Source: Promethearchaeota archaeon (GTDB lineage: Archaea > Asgardarchaeota > Heimdallarchaeia > Hodarchaeales > Hodarchaeaceae). Taken from it: a stretch of DNA of 64,000 nt. Both the position numbers and the translations under genes were made by a program. The DNA lies in contig JBHLMN010000006.1 of NCBI GenBank assembly GCA_048938105.1, forward strand, positions 96,001 to 160,000, read 5' to 3'. This document shows positions 50,245 to 60,319 of this stretch, piece by piece. Position 1 is the stretch's first letter; each line of letters starts with the position of its first letter. The notes under the pieces were generated by a model that saw only the letters and a program-made list of their open reading frames with translations, was not told the DNA's origin and ran no database searches.

Positions 50245-53200
50245 TGTTCATCACTCCTCTCTGTTCTACCTTTCAGATTTGAAAGTTTAATAGAATCCCT
50301 CATCAGGAAAGTAATCATGACCAGGATTATTCCGGGAGCAATGAAAGGGATTCCAAGTATGATGAGAATTAGGTTTGGTTGGCCAGCCCAAGCTCCAAGT
50401 AATGTTTCGACCTCTGACTCCAAAATTCTTTGGATATTAAGTAAGGTAAAATTCTGTACGAATTTTGCTATTAGTTCAATAAAAATACCTAGAATTGGTA
50501 GATTTTCTGCTAGGAAAATTTTCGTCCACTCTCCCGAAGGATCAAATATTCCAGATAGAATTAGCACAATTCCATAAAAGATTGCTGAAACAGACAAAAT
50601 TACGAAAAGAATTAGTATAATAGAATCTATCATAGCCACAACTAATTGGCCTAACTGAGTAAATGCTTTAGATAGTAATTTCACAACTGTATAACTTGCT
50701 TTGATAATAGCAGCTTTGGCAGCAACAAAGAAGTTATAAATAGAATGGGCTAATTGAACGAAAACATTACGAATAGTAATGAACAATTGTTGAATGAAAT
50801 GATTAACCTGAACGAACCACGCAGTGTAAAGAAGACCAAGGCCACAAACCAACAACCCTATTCTGACCAACAAATGAAGGTCTGGAAAGACAGCTCTCAG
50901 TATCACAAGTGGACCAGCAAGAGTAGCAAGAGCTCGTAGAATATCTATACGGTGATCCCAGGTATAATGGAGGAAGGTTACAACCGATAAGTAAGCTGAA
51001 CGAACTGCTTGGATAATAGCATTCTTGATAGCAACAAGTACATTGTAAAAAGCATGAATTGTCCGAATAAAAGCGTCTCTAAGAGAAATAAGGGATTGTT
51101 TGATAAAGTGATTAGTTTGGTGAAACCAAGCCACATAGAGAAGAAGAAGGCCTAGAAAGGTTACCACAATAGTTATGAATGGATCGATGAATGGATAACC
51201 AAAGAGAGGTAGAGAGAAGGTTAAGATAATCAGTAAAGATCCAATAATTGTTAAAATACTACGTAAAATATTAATGCGATGATCCCAGGTATAATAGAGG
51301 AAGGCTACAATCGATAAGTAAGTAGAACGTGCAGCTTGGACAATAGCATTCTTAATGTCAACCAGAAAATCTTTGATCTCTGTTCTCCATAACAACCCAT
51401 TTTCTGTAAGACCAATAAACATTAAGGCTAAAGAAATTCTAATCTCTATTGACTCAAGAGGAAGCGGGATAGATGAGACGAAAAATATTACTCCCCAAAG
51501 TACTACACCAATACTTAGAATAGTTCCAACACTTCTGAAAGATGGATGTCCATACCAAATAGCAACTGTTAGAATATACCCACCAACGAAAAGGACTGAT
51601 GCGATTAGAAAATCAGTATACCAGAAAAAAAATCCAATTCCGATGAAGATAAATGCTACAGTTGTGGTTGAGTAACGAATAATCTCCTTGTAATAAGTAC
51701 GAATAAACAGGGCTGTTTTCTTGTATGTTTCTTTCAAGAAACGAACAAAGGCGCGAAATGCTTGAGCTATCGCATTTTTAGTATCAACCAAAAACTTATG
51801 GATGGTATGAGCAACTTTCTTAATTCCTTTAACAATTGAAACAACAGTATGAGTAAAAACATGCCAAAGCTCTATTCGCCAGACTATTCCATCCACCATA
51901 ACACCAACGAGTACCAAGCCACCTGGAATCCAAATAGCCAGTACATCATTGGAACCTAAAACAGTAAGCAGTAGAACGAATCCACAAAGGAAGACTGTAG
52001 TACTAAGAGTCGTTGTAACTGCCCTGAAATTGGCATGTTTGTACCAAATCGCCACACCCACAACGTAACCTATCAAAAAAGGAATTAAGGGTAGTTCGGG
52101 AGGTAATCTAAAAATCCACGATATTAGGGGACCAAGAATCATTAAACCAAGAGCAAAGGTTGTGATAACATCGCGGTAATATGTTTGGAGGAACTGAACT
52201 ACAGAATGGTAGGTGTTTTTTAGGAAAACAACAAATCTATGATAAGTCCGAACACTGGCGTTTTTTAGAGTAATGAGGGATTGTTTGGCAAAATGATTGG
52301 TTTGATAGAACCAAGCAGCATAGAGGAAGAGAAAACCTAGAATTACTACCCCTATACTAATACTTAGATCAATTTGATACTGTGGAGTCACCAAAGCAGA
52401 TAAGAAGAAGGCTGAAATAATCAAAAGAGATCCAATGATTGTTAATAAGGCACGTATAATATCAACACGATGATCCCAAGTATAGTGGAGGAAAGCTAGA
52501 ATTGTAAAATAGATTGAACGGCTTGTTTGAACAATTGTATTCTTAACAACAACGAGGAAGTTATAGATGGCATGATTGGTTTGATGGAACCAAGCGACAT
52601 AAAGGAGAGGCCCTCCAATGATCAAACCCCACCCGACACCACTCAGATTTAAAAACAAGGTGTTAAGGGAAACAGCAAAACCAAAAGCAACAATAAAAGC
52701 ACCAATAATCGTTAAAAAAGCTCGCAGAATACCGACGCGGTGATCCCAGGTATATTTAAGGAAAGCTTTTATTGTCAAATACATTGACAGAACTGTCTTA
52801 CGAATTAATTGAATAGTAGTACGAACGACTTGTACAACAGCATTTTTGACAGCGACAAGAAAATTGAAAATTTCTTGTCTCCAGATAATTCCATTCTCTC
52901 CTAATCCAATGACAATTAACACTCCAGAAATGAGGAGAGGGAGAGGAATAGGCCAAAGTACACCTGAAATAATGTAAGGATATAGTAGATAAAGACCCCA
53001 AAGAAGAATTAAGGTACTTAAAGCCGTAGAAATCTTTCTAAAATGAGTATGGTTTAACCAAACGACAACTCCGAAAACATAACCTCCTAAAAAAAGGCTT
53101 AAAGGTAATCCAATGGCATTATCCCACCCTATGAACCCTAGAGCCATGATCGAAAACGCAATAATGAACAGAAATAATCTAGCAATTAAAAATTTATATA

Positions 53201-53699
53201 CACTTAACCAAAACAATAGAGGCTCATCAATTCGAGTCATCTCAGTAAATGCGCCAATTGCTATCAGAACAAGGCCTAGACCAAGTAGAGGGAGAAAGAT
53301 AGATTTTAGGACTGAGATATTATAATTTGATAAAAAATCTGCTGGAATTAATGATAAAAGACTAACAACAAGCGTTAGAATCAATCCAAAGAGACCTATG
53401 AAACCTCCAAGATTAGTTGATTTATTTCTGTTCTCATTAATCCATCGTAATTGAGCAAATCCTAAAAAAATTCCCCCCAAAAAAGCAATCAAGAGAAAAG
53501 TAATTAAAACTAAAGGAAGAATGTTGTTTGGTTCACTTGGATAGTATATCGGACCTATTTCTACAATCAAAAGCCCTAATACTAGTAAAGATGCAAAACG
53601 GACTAAATTACGTATTTGATTTTCCCGATGTATATATTTTTTAGGGCTAAATTCCTCAATCTCTTCAAAATTTGTTGAACTTTTCTCTGTCTCAATCAA
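50241..53699 (-). CDS. Large polytopic membrane protein built from TM-hairpin/amphipathic-helix repeats
   Basis: Four copies each of FLxYTWDHRxxIxR and LYxAWFxQxNH; overlaps the next gene by 4 nt. Confidence 0.75.
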   Translation of the reverse strand: MIETEKSSTNFEEIEEFSPKKYIHRENQIRNLVRFASLLVLGLLIVEIGPIYYPSEPNNILPLVLITFLLIAFLGGIFLGFAQLRWINENRNKSTNLGGFIGLFGLILTLVVSLLSLIPADFLSNYNISVLKSIFLPLLGLGLVLIAIGAFTEMTRIDEPLLFWLSVYKFLIARLFLFIIAFSIMALGFIGWDNAIGLPLSLFLGGYVFGVVVWLNHTHFRKISTALSTLILLWGLYLLYPYIISGVLWPIPLPLLISGVLIVIGLGENGIIWRQEIFNFLVAVKNAVVQVVRTTIQLIRKTVLSMYLTIKAFLKYTWDHRVGILRAFLTIIGAFIVAFGFAVSLNTLFLNLSGVGWGLIIGGPLLYVAWFHQTNHAIYNFLVVVKNTIVQTSRSIYFTILAFLHYTWDHRVDIIRALLTIIGSLLIISAFFLSALVTPQYQIDLSISIGVVILGFLFLYAAWFYQTNHFAKQSLITLKNASVRTYHRFVVFLKNTYHSVVQFLQTYYRDVITTFALGLMILGPLISWIFRLPPELPLIPFLIGYVVGVAIWYKHANFRAVTTTLSTTVFLCGFVLLLTVLGSNDVLAIWIPGGLVLVGVMVDGIVWRIELWHVFTHTVVSIVKGIKKVAHTIHKFLVDTKNAIAQAFRAFVRFLKETYKKTALFIRTYYKEIIRYSTTTVAFIFIGIGFFFWYTDFLIASVLFVGGYILTVAIWYGHPSFRSVGTILSIGVVLWGVIFFVSSIPLPLESIEIRISLALMFIGLTENGLLWRTEIKDFLVDIKNAIVQAARSTYLSIVAFLYYTWDHRINILRSILTIIGSLLIILTFSLPLFGYPFIDPFITIVVTFLGLLLLYVAWFHQTNHFIKQSLISLRDAFIRTIHAFYNVLVAIKNAIIQAVRSAYLSVVTFLHYTWDHRIDILRALATLAGPLVILRAVFPDLHLLVRIGLLVCGLGLLYTAWFVQVNHFIQQLFITIRNVFVQLAHSIYNFFVAAKAAIIKASYTVVKLLSKAFTQLGQLVVAMIDSIILILFVILSVSAIFYGIVLILSGIFDPSGEWTKIFLAENLPILGIFIELIAKFVQNFTLLNIQRILESEVETLLGAWAGQPNLILIILGIPFIAPGIILVMITFLMRDSIKLSNLKGRTERSDEQ

Positions 53700-54261
53700 A
53701 TCTATCCAACTCTTTTACTACTCTTAATACAGACCTGTGTTAGAGACAAAATCTTTTCTTGATATTTTTTAGACTCTCTTTTAAGTATATCAGATTTTAA
53801 ATTACTCTATTTTTATGTTATATAAAATTTTCCATGAAAAATATAATTATAAAACATTGTGATTGTCGATTTCTGAAAATATAAAATTGTAGAAACAAAA
53901 ATTTTCAAAGATCCAGCTTTAAAAGTTGAAATTTTTCTAGATAATGGACATGATTCTAGAGAATTGCTACAGACAGACAATCTAGTATTATAAATATACA
54001 AATCAACTGTTTTTGATTGAACCTGATTAGTTTTATTTGTTCTCTTTGAATTGTGAAGGAAAGCTTTATTACAACAATGAAGACTAAACCATTTTATAAT
54101 GCGATTATTAGACATGGTTTATTTCGCAAAAAAGATCTTTAAAAAATCTGATGAAGTTTTCCCCGAGAAAATACTTTGTGGTGGAAACAAACAAATTAAT
54201 CCTAAGATTTGCCTGATTAACGAGAAATTCACTTAATTAAAATCAAATTGGAATTTATAGT

Positions 54262-54975
54262 GTGATAAATATGGATTTATTGTCTGATTTACAGCCGACT
54301 CTTGAAATTTTGGATAAGATAGTAGCATTTGAGAAAAAGATGGAATACAACAGGCTTTTGTTATTCTTATGCCTTGCTGGATTTATTGCTATTATTGGAG
54401 GCTGGATTGAATATGTATGTTACCATTTCTTGTTTGTAGATTCCACTTTCTTCATTCTTGGTTTAACCTCTATCGCTGAACCAGTTCTATTTTTAGGATT
54501 ATGGCTTATTTATCTTATACCCCTCATTGGCATCATCATATTTACCACTGGAATTTCTCCAGGCTTTATTAATTGGAATAAAGCGTACCGAAACATAGGG
54601 GCTATAACAATAGGATTATTCATTCTTACACATGTGTTAGTGTTGTTAATTGGTTCAATAGATGCTCCTGATTCCCAATTCATCCCAATTATATGGGGTA
54701 CAATGATATGTCTTGGTTTCCTGCTCGCTAGTAGAATTTTATTCTTAGAAACGAGAAATAAGGAGATACAATTAGGGTTTTTAGCATTCGGAATATTTGG
54801 GTTAGTACTTGGTATAATTTCCTCAATGATTTTTTATCCGTTTAGTAGCGAATTAGCAATGTTTCTCTTTTGTAACATTTTTGGTGTCGTTTTGATTGGA
54901 GCTAGCATGATTAGTTACTGGAAAGTTGGTATATCACCACAAGAAGCTAAAAATAACTATAGGAAAGCTGATTAG
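54262..54975 (+). CDS. Integral membrane protein (about 6-7 TM)
   Basis: Highly hydrophobic; abuts the wHTH gene. Confidence 0.7.
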   Translation: MINMDLLSDLQPTLEILDKIVAFEKKMEYNRLLLFLCLAGFIAIIGGWIEYVCYHFLFVDSTFFILGLTSIAEPVLFLGLWLIYLIPLIGIIIFTTGISPGFINWNKAYRNIGAITIGLFILTHVLVLLIGSIDAPDSQFIPIIWGTMICLGFLLASRILFLETRNKEIQLGFLAFGIFGLVLGIISSMIFYPFSSELAMFLFCNIFGVVLIGASMISYWKVGISPQEAKNNYRKAD

Positions 54976-55296
54976 ATGAAGGAGAGACCAGTTTCCATAG
55001 AAACCCTTATTGGTGAGTTAAACTCAACTCTACACGAACCAGTACGTTTAGGAATACTGATGCTACTTCATTTGAACTCTTCTCTTACTTTTAGTGTAAT
55101 TCAAAAAGGACTAGGTGTAACATCTGGAAATTTAAACACTCATTTGACAAAACTTGATACAGAGGGCTTTATTGTTAGAGAAAAAACATTTGTGAATTAT
55201 CGACCCAGAACGGTCATTTACATTACAAAAGAAGGGAGAGAAGCCTTAAAGAAGTATTCTAAATCACTGAAACGAATACTGATAGAAATTTCATAA
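54976..55296 (+). CDS. Winged-HTH transcription regulator (ArsR/MarR-like, HTH_34 type)
   Basis: LHEPVRLGILMLL...TSGNLNTHLTKL...RPRTVIYITKEG. Confidence 0.88.
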   Translation: MKERPVSIETLIGELNSTLHEPVRLGILMLLHLNSSLTFSVIQKGLGVTSGNLNTHLTKLDTEGFIVREKTFVNYRPRTVIYITKEGREALKKYSKSLKRILIEIS

Positions 55297-55317
55297 TATA
55301 TTGAAGGAGACCCTATA

Positions 55318-55363
55318 TCTTTTTTTCTAGCTCTAACATACATTTCTACTCTAGAAAAAAAGA
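55318..55363. terminator. 13-bp perfect inverted repeat with T/A tracts between convergent genes (possible bidirectional terminator)
   Basis: TCTTTTTTTCTAG (55318-55330) and CTAGAAAAAAAGA (55351-55363), 20-nt spacer. Confidence 0.55.
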
Positions 55364-55394
55364 AAGGGGAAGAAAGACAACGAGACTATTTGAC

Positions 55395-57416
55395 TTATCT
55401 TTTCATCTTTTTCAATGTTAGAATGGATATGATGGAGAAAACAACCATGATTCCAGTCATACCTGGTGAGATTGATGGCAATGCATAAGTTTCATCTGTT
55501 TCTTCTGTCTTTGATTTAGTTGTTTCAACTACTGAAGTCACAGTTTCTGTTACAGTCACGGTGCTTCGAAAGGGGTCTGCAGGGTACATCTCTCGGGGAT
55601 CGTGGGCATTCATTCCAAAGATAGGATTGTAGTGATTGATACCCATTTCTTGATACCCCCATTCGTACCCTCGGAGAACCTTCGCCCAAGTGGACTGATT
55701 TATTTCCCAAGATTGTGCCTGAATCCCTAGTCGACTATCAATGAAGTCGTAAGTTCCGTCTTTAAGACCTGCAACTGCAGTGGTAGCCTCTTTCACCACC
55801 TTGTAAGTGACTGGCGATAAACTGGGTGTTGGAAGCCAGTTACCACCGCCTAACATATGAGGATCATGACCCATGATAGTCGGATCATAAAAAGGATTAA
55901 CTTTGATGAAAATGGTGTCTGCATCAGGATATGAATCAAACATGTAAGCTCCACAACCTATTGGAGGATGTTTGGTATTTGTATCATCAGTTTTCCATTC
56001 CCAAAATGGAGTTTTTTCCATTTCAGCTTTTTGTAAGATAGGTATGTTACCAAATAAGACGGTTTCCACATAAGGATAGAACTTGGGTAAAGTGAACGTG
56101 ATTTCCATATCACCCGTTTTCTGAATATTGCTAGCATCACCCACAATATTGAGTAATGTACCTCGGTTTGGACCCCAGACATCTTCATCTAAAGCAGCCT
56201 GATAGGTAAAGAGGACATCATCAGCGGTTACGGATGTGCCATCAGTCCATTTAACTCCGTCTCGGATAGTAACTGCCCATGTTAAGTAGTCTTCACTATG
56301 AGCCCAAGATTTAGCTAGCCATGGAATCGCATGAGTGAGATTGTAATTACCTCTTCGCCTAGAGAGACGACAAAAGATGTTGTCAAGAATGATGAAATCA
56401 TAATAACTATTAGACATCAGAGGATTAAGGTCAATATAGTCTCCTGGTTGTGCGATAATAGCTGAGGTTTGACCAGTAATTGATAGGTTAGCAAGATTTT
56501 GTCTAAAACCATGAAATAGATCAAATCCTGCTGCATTTATATCCATGGCAAAAACATCAATTTCCTGTCGAATGATAGCTGTAGGCACTTGATCATAATA
56601 CCATTGTTGATATTCTTTCAGGAGTTTGACTCGTTCACCAGGGTCAGGTTCCGCATAAATGTCCGTCCATAACGCAGTCACATTTGGGTATGCCTTATCC
56701 GCCCATTTACCAGAGGTTGGAGCCCCATCCTCAATCCAGTAACAATTAGGTCCTGGAGGAAAGTGATCTTTATCATAATATTCGTTATATGTTGGATCAG
56801 GGGAAGCATCATAACCAACAAAAAACATATCATAACCGCCGTGATCATAATCATAACCAGTACCGACTGGATCAAGGAATAAACGGGGCATAAGTATATT
56901 CCAGTTCCACCAATCTATTGATGCATCAATACCAACATTATTCAGTGCATAACAGATCAGTGATGCCCATTGACTCCTAGCAGTGTTCGTAGTTGGACAA
57001 ACAAGGGTCATTTTGAAATAAGGTACATTTGTGTGGGTAGCATTGGTCCATTCTATATATTCCTCGTATTTTAAACCAAAAACTTCCTCCAAAAGTGCTC
57101 TAGCCTTTGAGGTACTATATTCCCTCACTTGGATACTTGCCTCATATACTCCTTCGAAATTCACCCCGATAGGGGAGGCAATTGGTACTGCGAATCCATG
57201 ATGCAACCCATCAATGATCGTCTGACGGGGAATACAATAATCTATTGCCTGTCGAATTTTTTGCCGATCATAGGCATCAAGGTTGTTATAATACCATTCT
57301 CGCCCTTTTCCTTCCCATGGTGCTGTATTAGCAGCACTAACTGGAACATTCAAAAAAACAGTATATGTCCCAAATATTAAAAGGAAAAATAGCAAAATTA
57401 TTCTTGTTTTATTCAT
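55395..57416 (-). CDS. Family-5 (OppA/DppA-like) solute-binding protein, circularly permuted, with Thr linker and C-terminal anchor
   Basis: IRQAIDYCIPR and KARALLEE precede LNPL...WLAKSW...DGVKWTDGTSVTADDVLFTY...PIGCGAY; tail SPGMTGIMVVFSIISILTLKKMKR. Confidence 0.8.
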   Translation of the reverse strand: MNKTRIILLFFLLIFGTYTVFLNVPVSAANTAPWEGKGREWYYNNLDAYDRQKIRQAIDYCIPRQTIIDGLHHGFAVPIASPIGVNFEGVYEASIQVREYSTSKARALLEEVFGLKYEEYIEWTNATHTNVPYFKMTLVCPTTNTARSQWASLICYALNNVGIDASIDWWNWNILMPRLFLDPVGTGYDYDHGGYDMFFVGYDASPDPTYNEYYDKDHFPPGPNCYWIEDGAPTSGKWADKAYPNVTALWTDIYAEPDPGERVKLLKEYQQWYYDQVPTAIIRQEIDVFAMDINAAGFDLFHGFRQNLANLSITGQTSAIIAQPGDYIDLNPLMSNSYYDFIILDNIFCRLSRRRGNYNLTHAIPWLAKSWAHSEDYLTWAVTIRDGVKWTDGTSVTADDVLFTYQAALDEDVWGPNRGTLLNIVGDASNIQKTGDMEITFTLPKFYPYVETVLFGNIPILQKAEMEKTPFWEWKTDDTNTKHPPIGCGAYMFDSYPDADTIFIKVNPFYDPTIMGHDPHMLGGGNWLPTPSLSPVTYKVVKEATTAVAGLKDGTYDFIDSRLGIQAQSWEINQSTWAKVLRGYEWGYQEMGINHYNPIFGMNAHDPREMYPADPFRSTVTVTETVTSVVETTKSKTEETDETYALPSISPGMTGIMVVFSIISILTLKKMKR

Positions 57417-57868
57417 TTTTTTTTCTCCAATTCCAGTTACAAATTCTTGTTCTTTTTCACTTTCTTTTCTATTAACAAGTAATATTGCAATTTAAACTGT
57501 ATAAGGAGCATTTTTCTGCTCCCCAGGGAGTATTGTTGTTAAAATCTCCATAAATAAGCATATTGAAACAGCTAAAGCATTGTGTGAAGAATAATCTTAA
57601 TGTTATAAAAGTTTATCGAAAAAGTTTATAATATTAATCATCCAAATAATGTATATTCATCATTTAGATTACCTAATAACACAATTTCCTCAATTGAAAA
57701 CCTTTTAGAATGAAAACTTTTCTCCAAAACATATTAATTCAAAGAATTTCATATCAAGATGTTTATCATATTACACATTTGTATTTATTATATACTTAAA
57801 TGTTGGATCTTTATTATTAGTTATAAATATCACATTCCTATATATAACAATACTGTAAAAATTTCATA

Positions 57869-57881
57869 AATAAATTTATAA
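57869..57881 (+). promoter_or_regulatory. BRE/TATA element of TrmB-like/GTPase operon 2
   Basis: AATAAATTTATAA, identical to 22754-22766 and 60 nt upstream of the ATG. Confidence 0.5.
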
Positions 57882-57940
57882 GGTATAAATCACTCTAGTA
57901 AATGAATACTCGAAAATACTTCATTCATAGCTGAAATGCA

Positions 57941-59116
57941 ATGGTTGGCTTAGCAACTGTTACTAACGAAACTGTGACATTCGAACCCCTTTTTATTGAT
58001 ATCCTCGAGGACAACATCAATGAGCAACACTCACGAATCCTTGCTTTGATGTTTAGACTTGGTGGTTACACCACTTTGAATGTCTTGACAAATCTTATCG
58101 GCATTGCTCAACCTACTGTTAGTATTAGAGTAGATGAACTCGTGAAAAAGGGATATATTCGAAAAAACACAGAGCTAATGCCAATGGCGCTCGTTCTTCT
58201 ATTGACTCAAGATGACTTGGATATTCAGCTAAGAAAGCGATTAGAAGTACAACGAAATGCCGCCAAATTTCTCCAACAAGCATCTGACATTAAGAATATG
58301 CAGCTGGTTGAAGACACCTTCATAAAAGCAATTCAGATTTTATATGATACTGAAGAGATTTTAGCTAAGATGATTGCATATATTTATCTCCATCAGAGAA
58401 TTGCAAGAAATAAACTATACCAAATGATTGATCCTGAGGATTCTAAATTTGGATCCATAGATGAACAGGAAAGGGATAGAAGGAAGAAAGATGCGATCAT
58501 TACTTCTCGTCCTGAAATTTTTCACATCATCTACAAGAAACATCAGAAGAAAGCGATGTTTATTCAACCCCGACTTCCATTAAAACTATTTGTGAAACAT
58601 CGTTTAGTATACCTAGAATCATTATACACATATTATAGGGAACTCTTGTTGAAGTTAGGCTCTTTTATGTCAGATGAATACGAATCAATTATTCCTCATC
58701 AACTTCTCAACTATCCTTCTGAATTAAAAATACGAATAGAGACTTGTTTAAAGCACTATTCAATGATCAGAGTCATTGACAATGCAGTCTATCGTCATAA
58801 TAATGGGACTAATGGCGTTGTAGATTTGATTGTTACACGTAATAACTTCTCTCAAAACCATAAAGTGATGATACTTTCTAATAAGAGTATTAAGCTTCCG
58901 AAAACAATAGACACTTCCCAATTTGAGATACGTCCTCTCAAAGGCCGTATTAGCCGGGATTATATGAACCGTGATTTCATTATCTTTGGTAATCATGGTT
59001 GTTTAGTCCTTCCGTCCCAACCTAGATCTATTCCTTATTATAATATCGCACCACGGTTCACCTCATCAGTACTGGATATTTTTAAGGCGAATTGGAGGAA
59101 TTCTACTGCTATCTGA
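57941..59116 (+). CDS. TrmB-like tandem wHTH transcription regulator (copy 2)
   Basis: Full-length paralog of 22837..24006 (NINEQHxRILAxMFxLGGYTTLNVLT, AQPTVS, ELMPxALVLLLT, YPSE, RDFIIF, YYNI). Confidence 0.75.
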   Translation: MVGLATVTNETVTFEPLFIDILEDNINEQHSRILALMFRLGGYTTLNVLTNLIGIAQPTVSIRVDELVKKGYIRKNTELMPMALVLLLTQDDLDIQLRKRLEVQRNAAKFLQQASDIKNMQLVEDTFIKAIQILYDTEEILAKMIAYIYLHQRIARNKLYQMIDPEDSKFGSIDEQERDRRKKDAIITSRPEIFHIIYKKHQKKAMFIQPRLPLKLFVKHRLVYLESLYTYYRELLLKLGSFMSDEYESIIPHQLLNYPSELKIRIETCLKHYSMIRVIDNAVYRHNNGTNGVVDLIVTRNNFSQNHKVMILSNKSIKLPKTIDTSQFEIRPLKGRISRDYMNRDFIIFGNHGCLVLPSQPRSIPYYNIAPRFTSSVLDIFKANWRNSTAI

Positions 59117-59693
59117 TTTTCTACGCTTGATTAAAGGGTTTGTTTTATTTATTGGACCTAGCTCTGCTGGTAAAACCAGTATTTTAAGACGCCTTGTGAC
59201 AGGAAAATTCGAACATCAGGAACCGACGTTAGGATTTTCCGAAGAAAACGTAGCAAAAGTAAGAATAATTGAAATTGGAGGACAATCTACTTTTAGGCAT
59301 TATTGGAAGGATGCTATTGATCAAAATCCTGTAAATATCTTCTTTGTTATCGATGTAACTAAAGAAAAGGACTACAGTGAGTATGTGGATTTTATTGAGG
59401 AATATGAAGGCAATTACCCCCAAATCGCACAAATGACTGTTTTAACTGCCAACAAAATAGATCTAGTACAGAAAATCCCGACTCATCTAAATAATGTCAC
59501 GATTCCAATTCAATGCAGTGCAAAGACTGGAGAAGGAATGTTAGATATATTAGAGATGATTGCCAGTCACCGAAATGAAGCTGAAGCAGTAATACAACCT
59601 CAACGAATTGAGCAAAGTAACAGTGAACAAACCATCAACAATGATGAAGAAAAGGCAGAATCGATATTAAGGGAATTTCAAGGAAAATTCTAA
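59106..59693 (+). CDS. Arf/Arl-like small GTPase (copy 2); probable CTG start at 59106
   Basis: G1 GPSSAGKTS, PTLGF, EIGGQ, NKID, CSAKTG. Upstream in-frame LLSDFLRLIKG matches copy 1 MLIDFLRLIKG; GGAGGA SD at 59094-59099. Confidence 0.85.
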   Translation: MLSDFLRLIKGFVLFIGPSSAGKTSILRRLVTGKFEHQEPTLGFSEENVAKVRIIEIGGQSTFRHYWKDAIDQNPVNIFFVIDVTKEKDYSEYVDFIEEYEGNYPQIAQMTVLTANKIDLVQKIPTHLNNVTIPIQCSAKTGEGMLDILEMIASHRNEAEAVIQPQRIEQSNSEQTINNDEEKAESILREFQGKF

Positions 59694-60319
59694 TAAAATG
59701 TATCGAATCCTTATTTTAAAGGGATAACAATCATCGCCAAAGAAAACCTAGAACGACGGAAAATAGCGGTCTTCTTCTTCTGTCGTTCTTGAATAATGGA
59801 ATTTAAATGTGATTACCATCGCATAAATTGCGAAATTTGACACTAAACAGTTACAACGCATTTCTATATTCATTAATGCAACAAGATAATTTTATTAATA
59901 CAGAACTGGTGACAGGAAGTTGGGTGCCCTTCCTCCTCCAGCCTCCCCTTATTCAATATATATATTTTGTATGTTATAAAAATGTTGCGCTTCTAATTAT
60001 TATATAAAATGTCCATAATATTCTTAGAATTATAAAATTACCGTGTAAAAAACTTTATTCTTAAAATATCAGTTAAATTTTCTATTAAAACTAATCCTAA
60101 AGCTTTATATTTGAAAAGAAATGATATAGTCTCTAAAATAAAAAGAAAATTAAAGAGAAAATAATTATAATACTTCGAATAAGATAAAGACTTAAATTTG
60201 GTAGATATTTAAACTTATTCTCTTTTATAATTTGTATTATAAAAAACTTATAAGAAATGAATATATATTCCTTTTTCTAAGAAAAGGATATTTCATTTAC
60301 AGATGTTATGAAACAGCCT

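Noticed and set aside
53813-54115. 100-aa ORF in the AT-rich divergent spacer
   Set aside because: Low-complexity composition, no SD, and it overlaps the probable promoter (about 53816-53839) of the membrane-protein operon.
57505-57530. Alternative hairpins (GGAGCA/TGCTCC versus CTCC/GGAG) upstream of the solute-binding protein
   Set aside because: Stems are too short to support a riboswitch or attenuator call.
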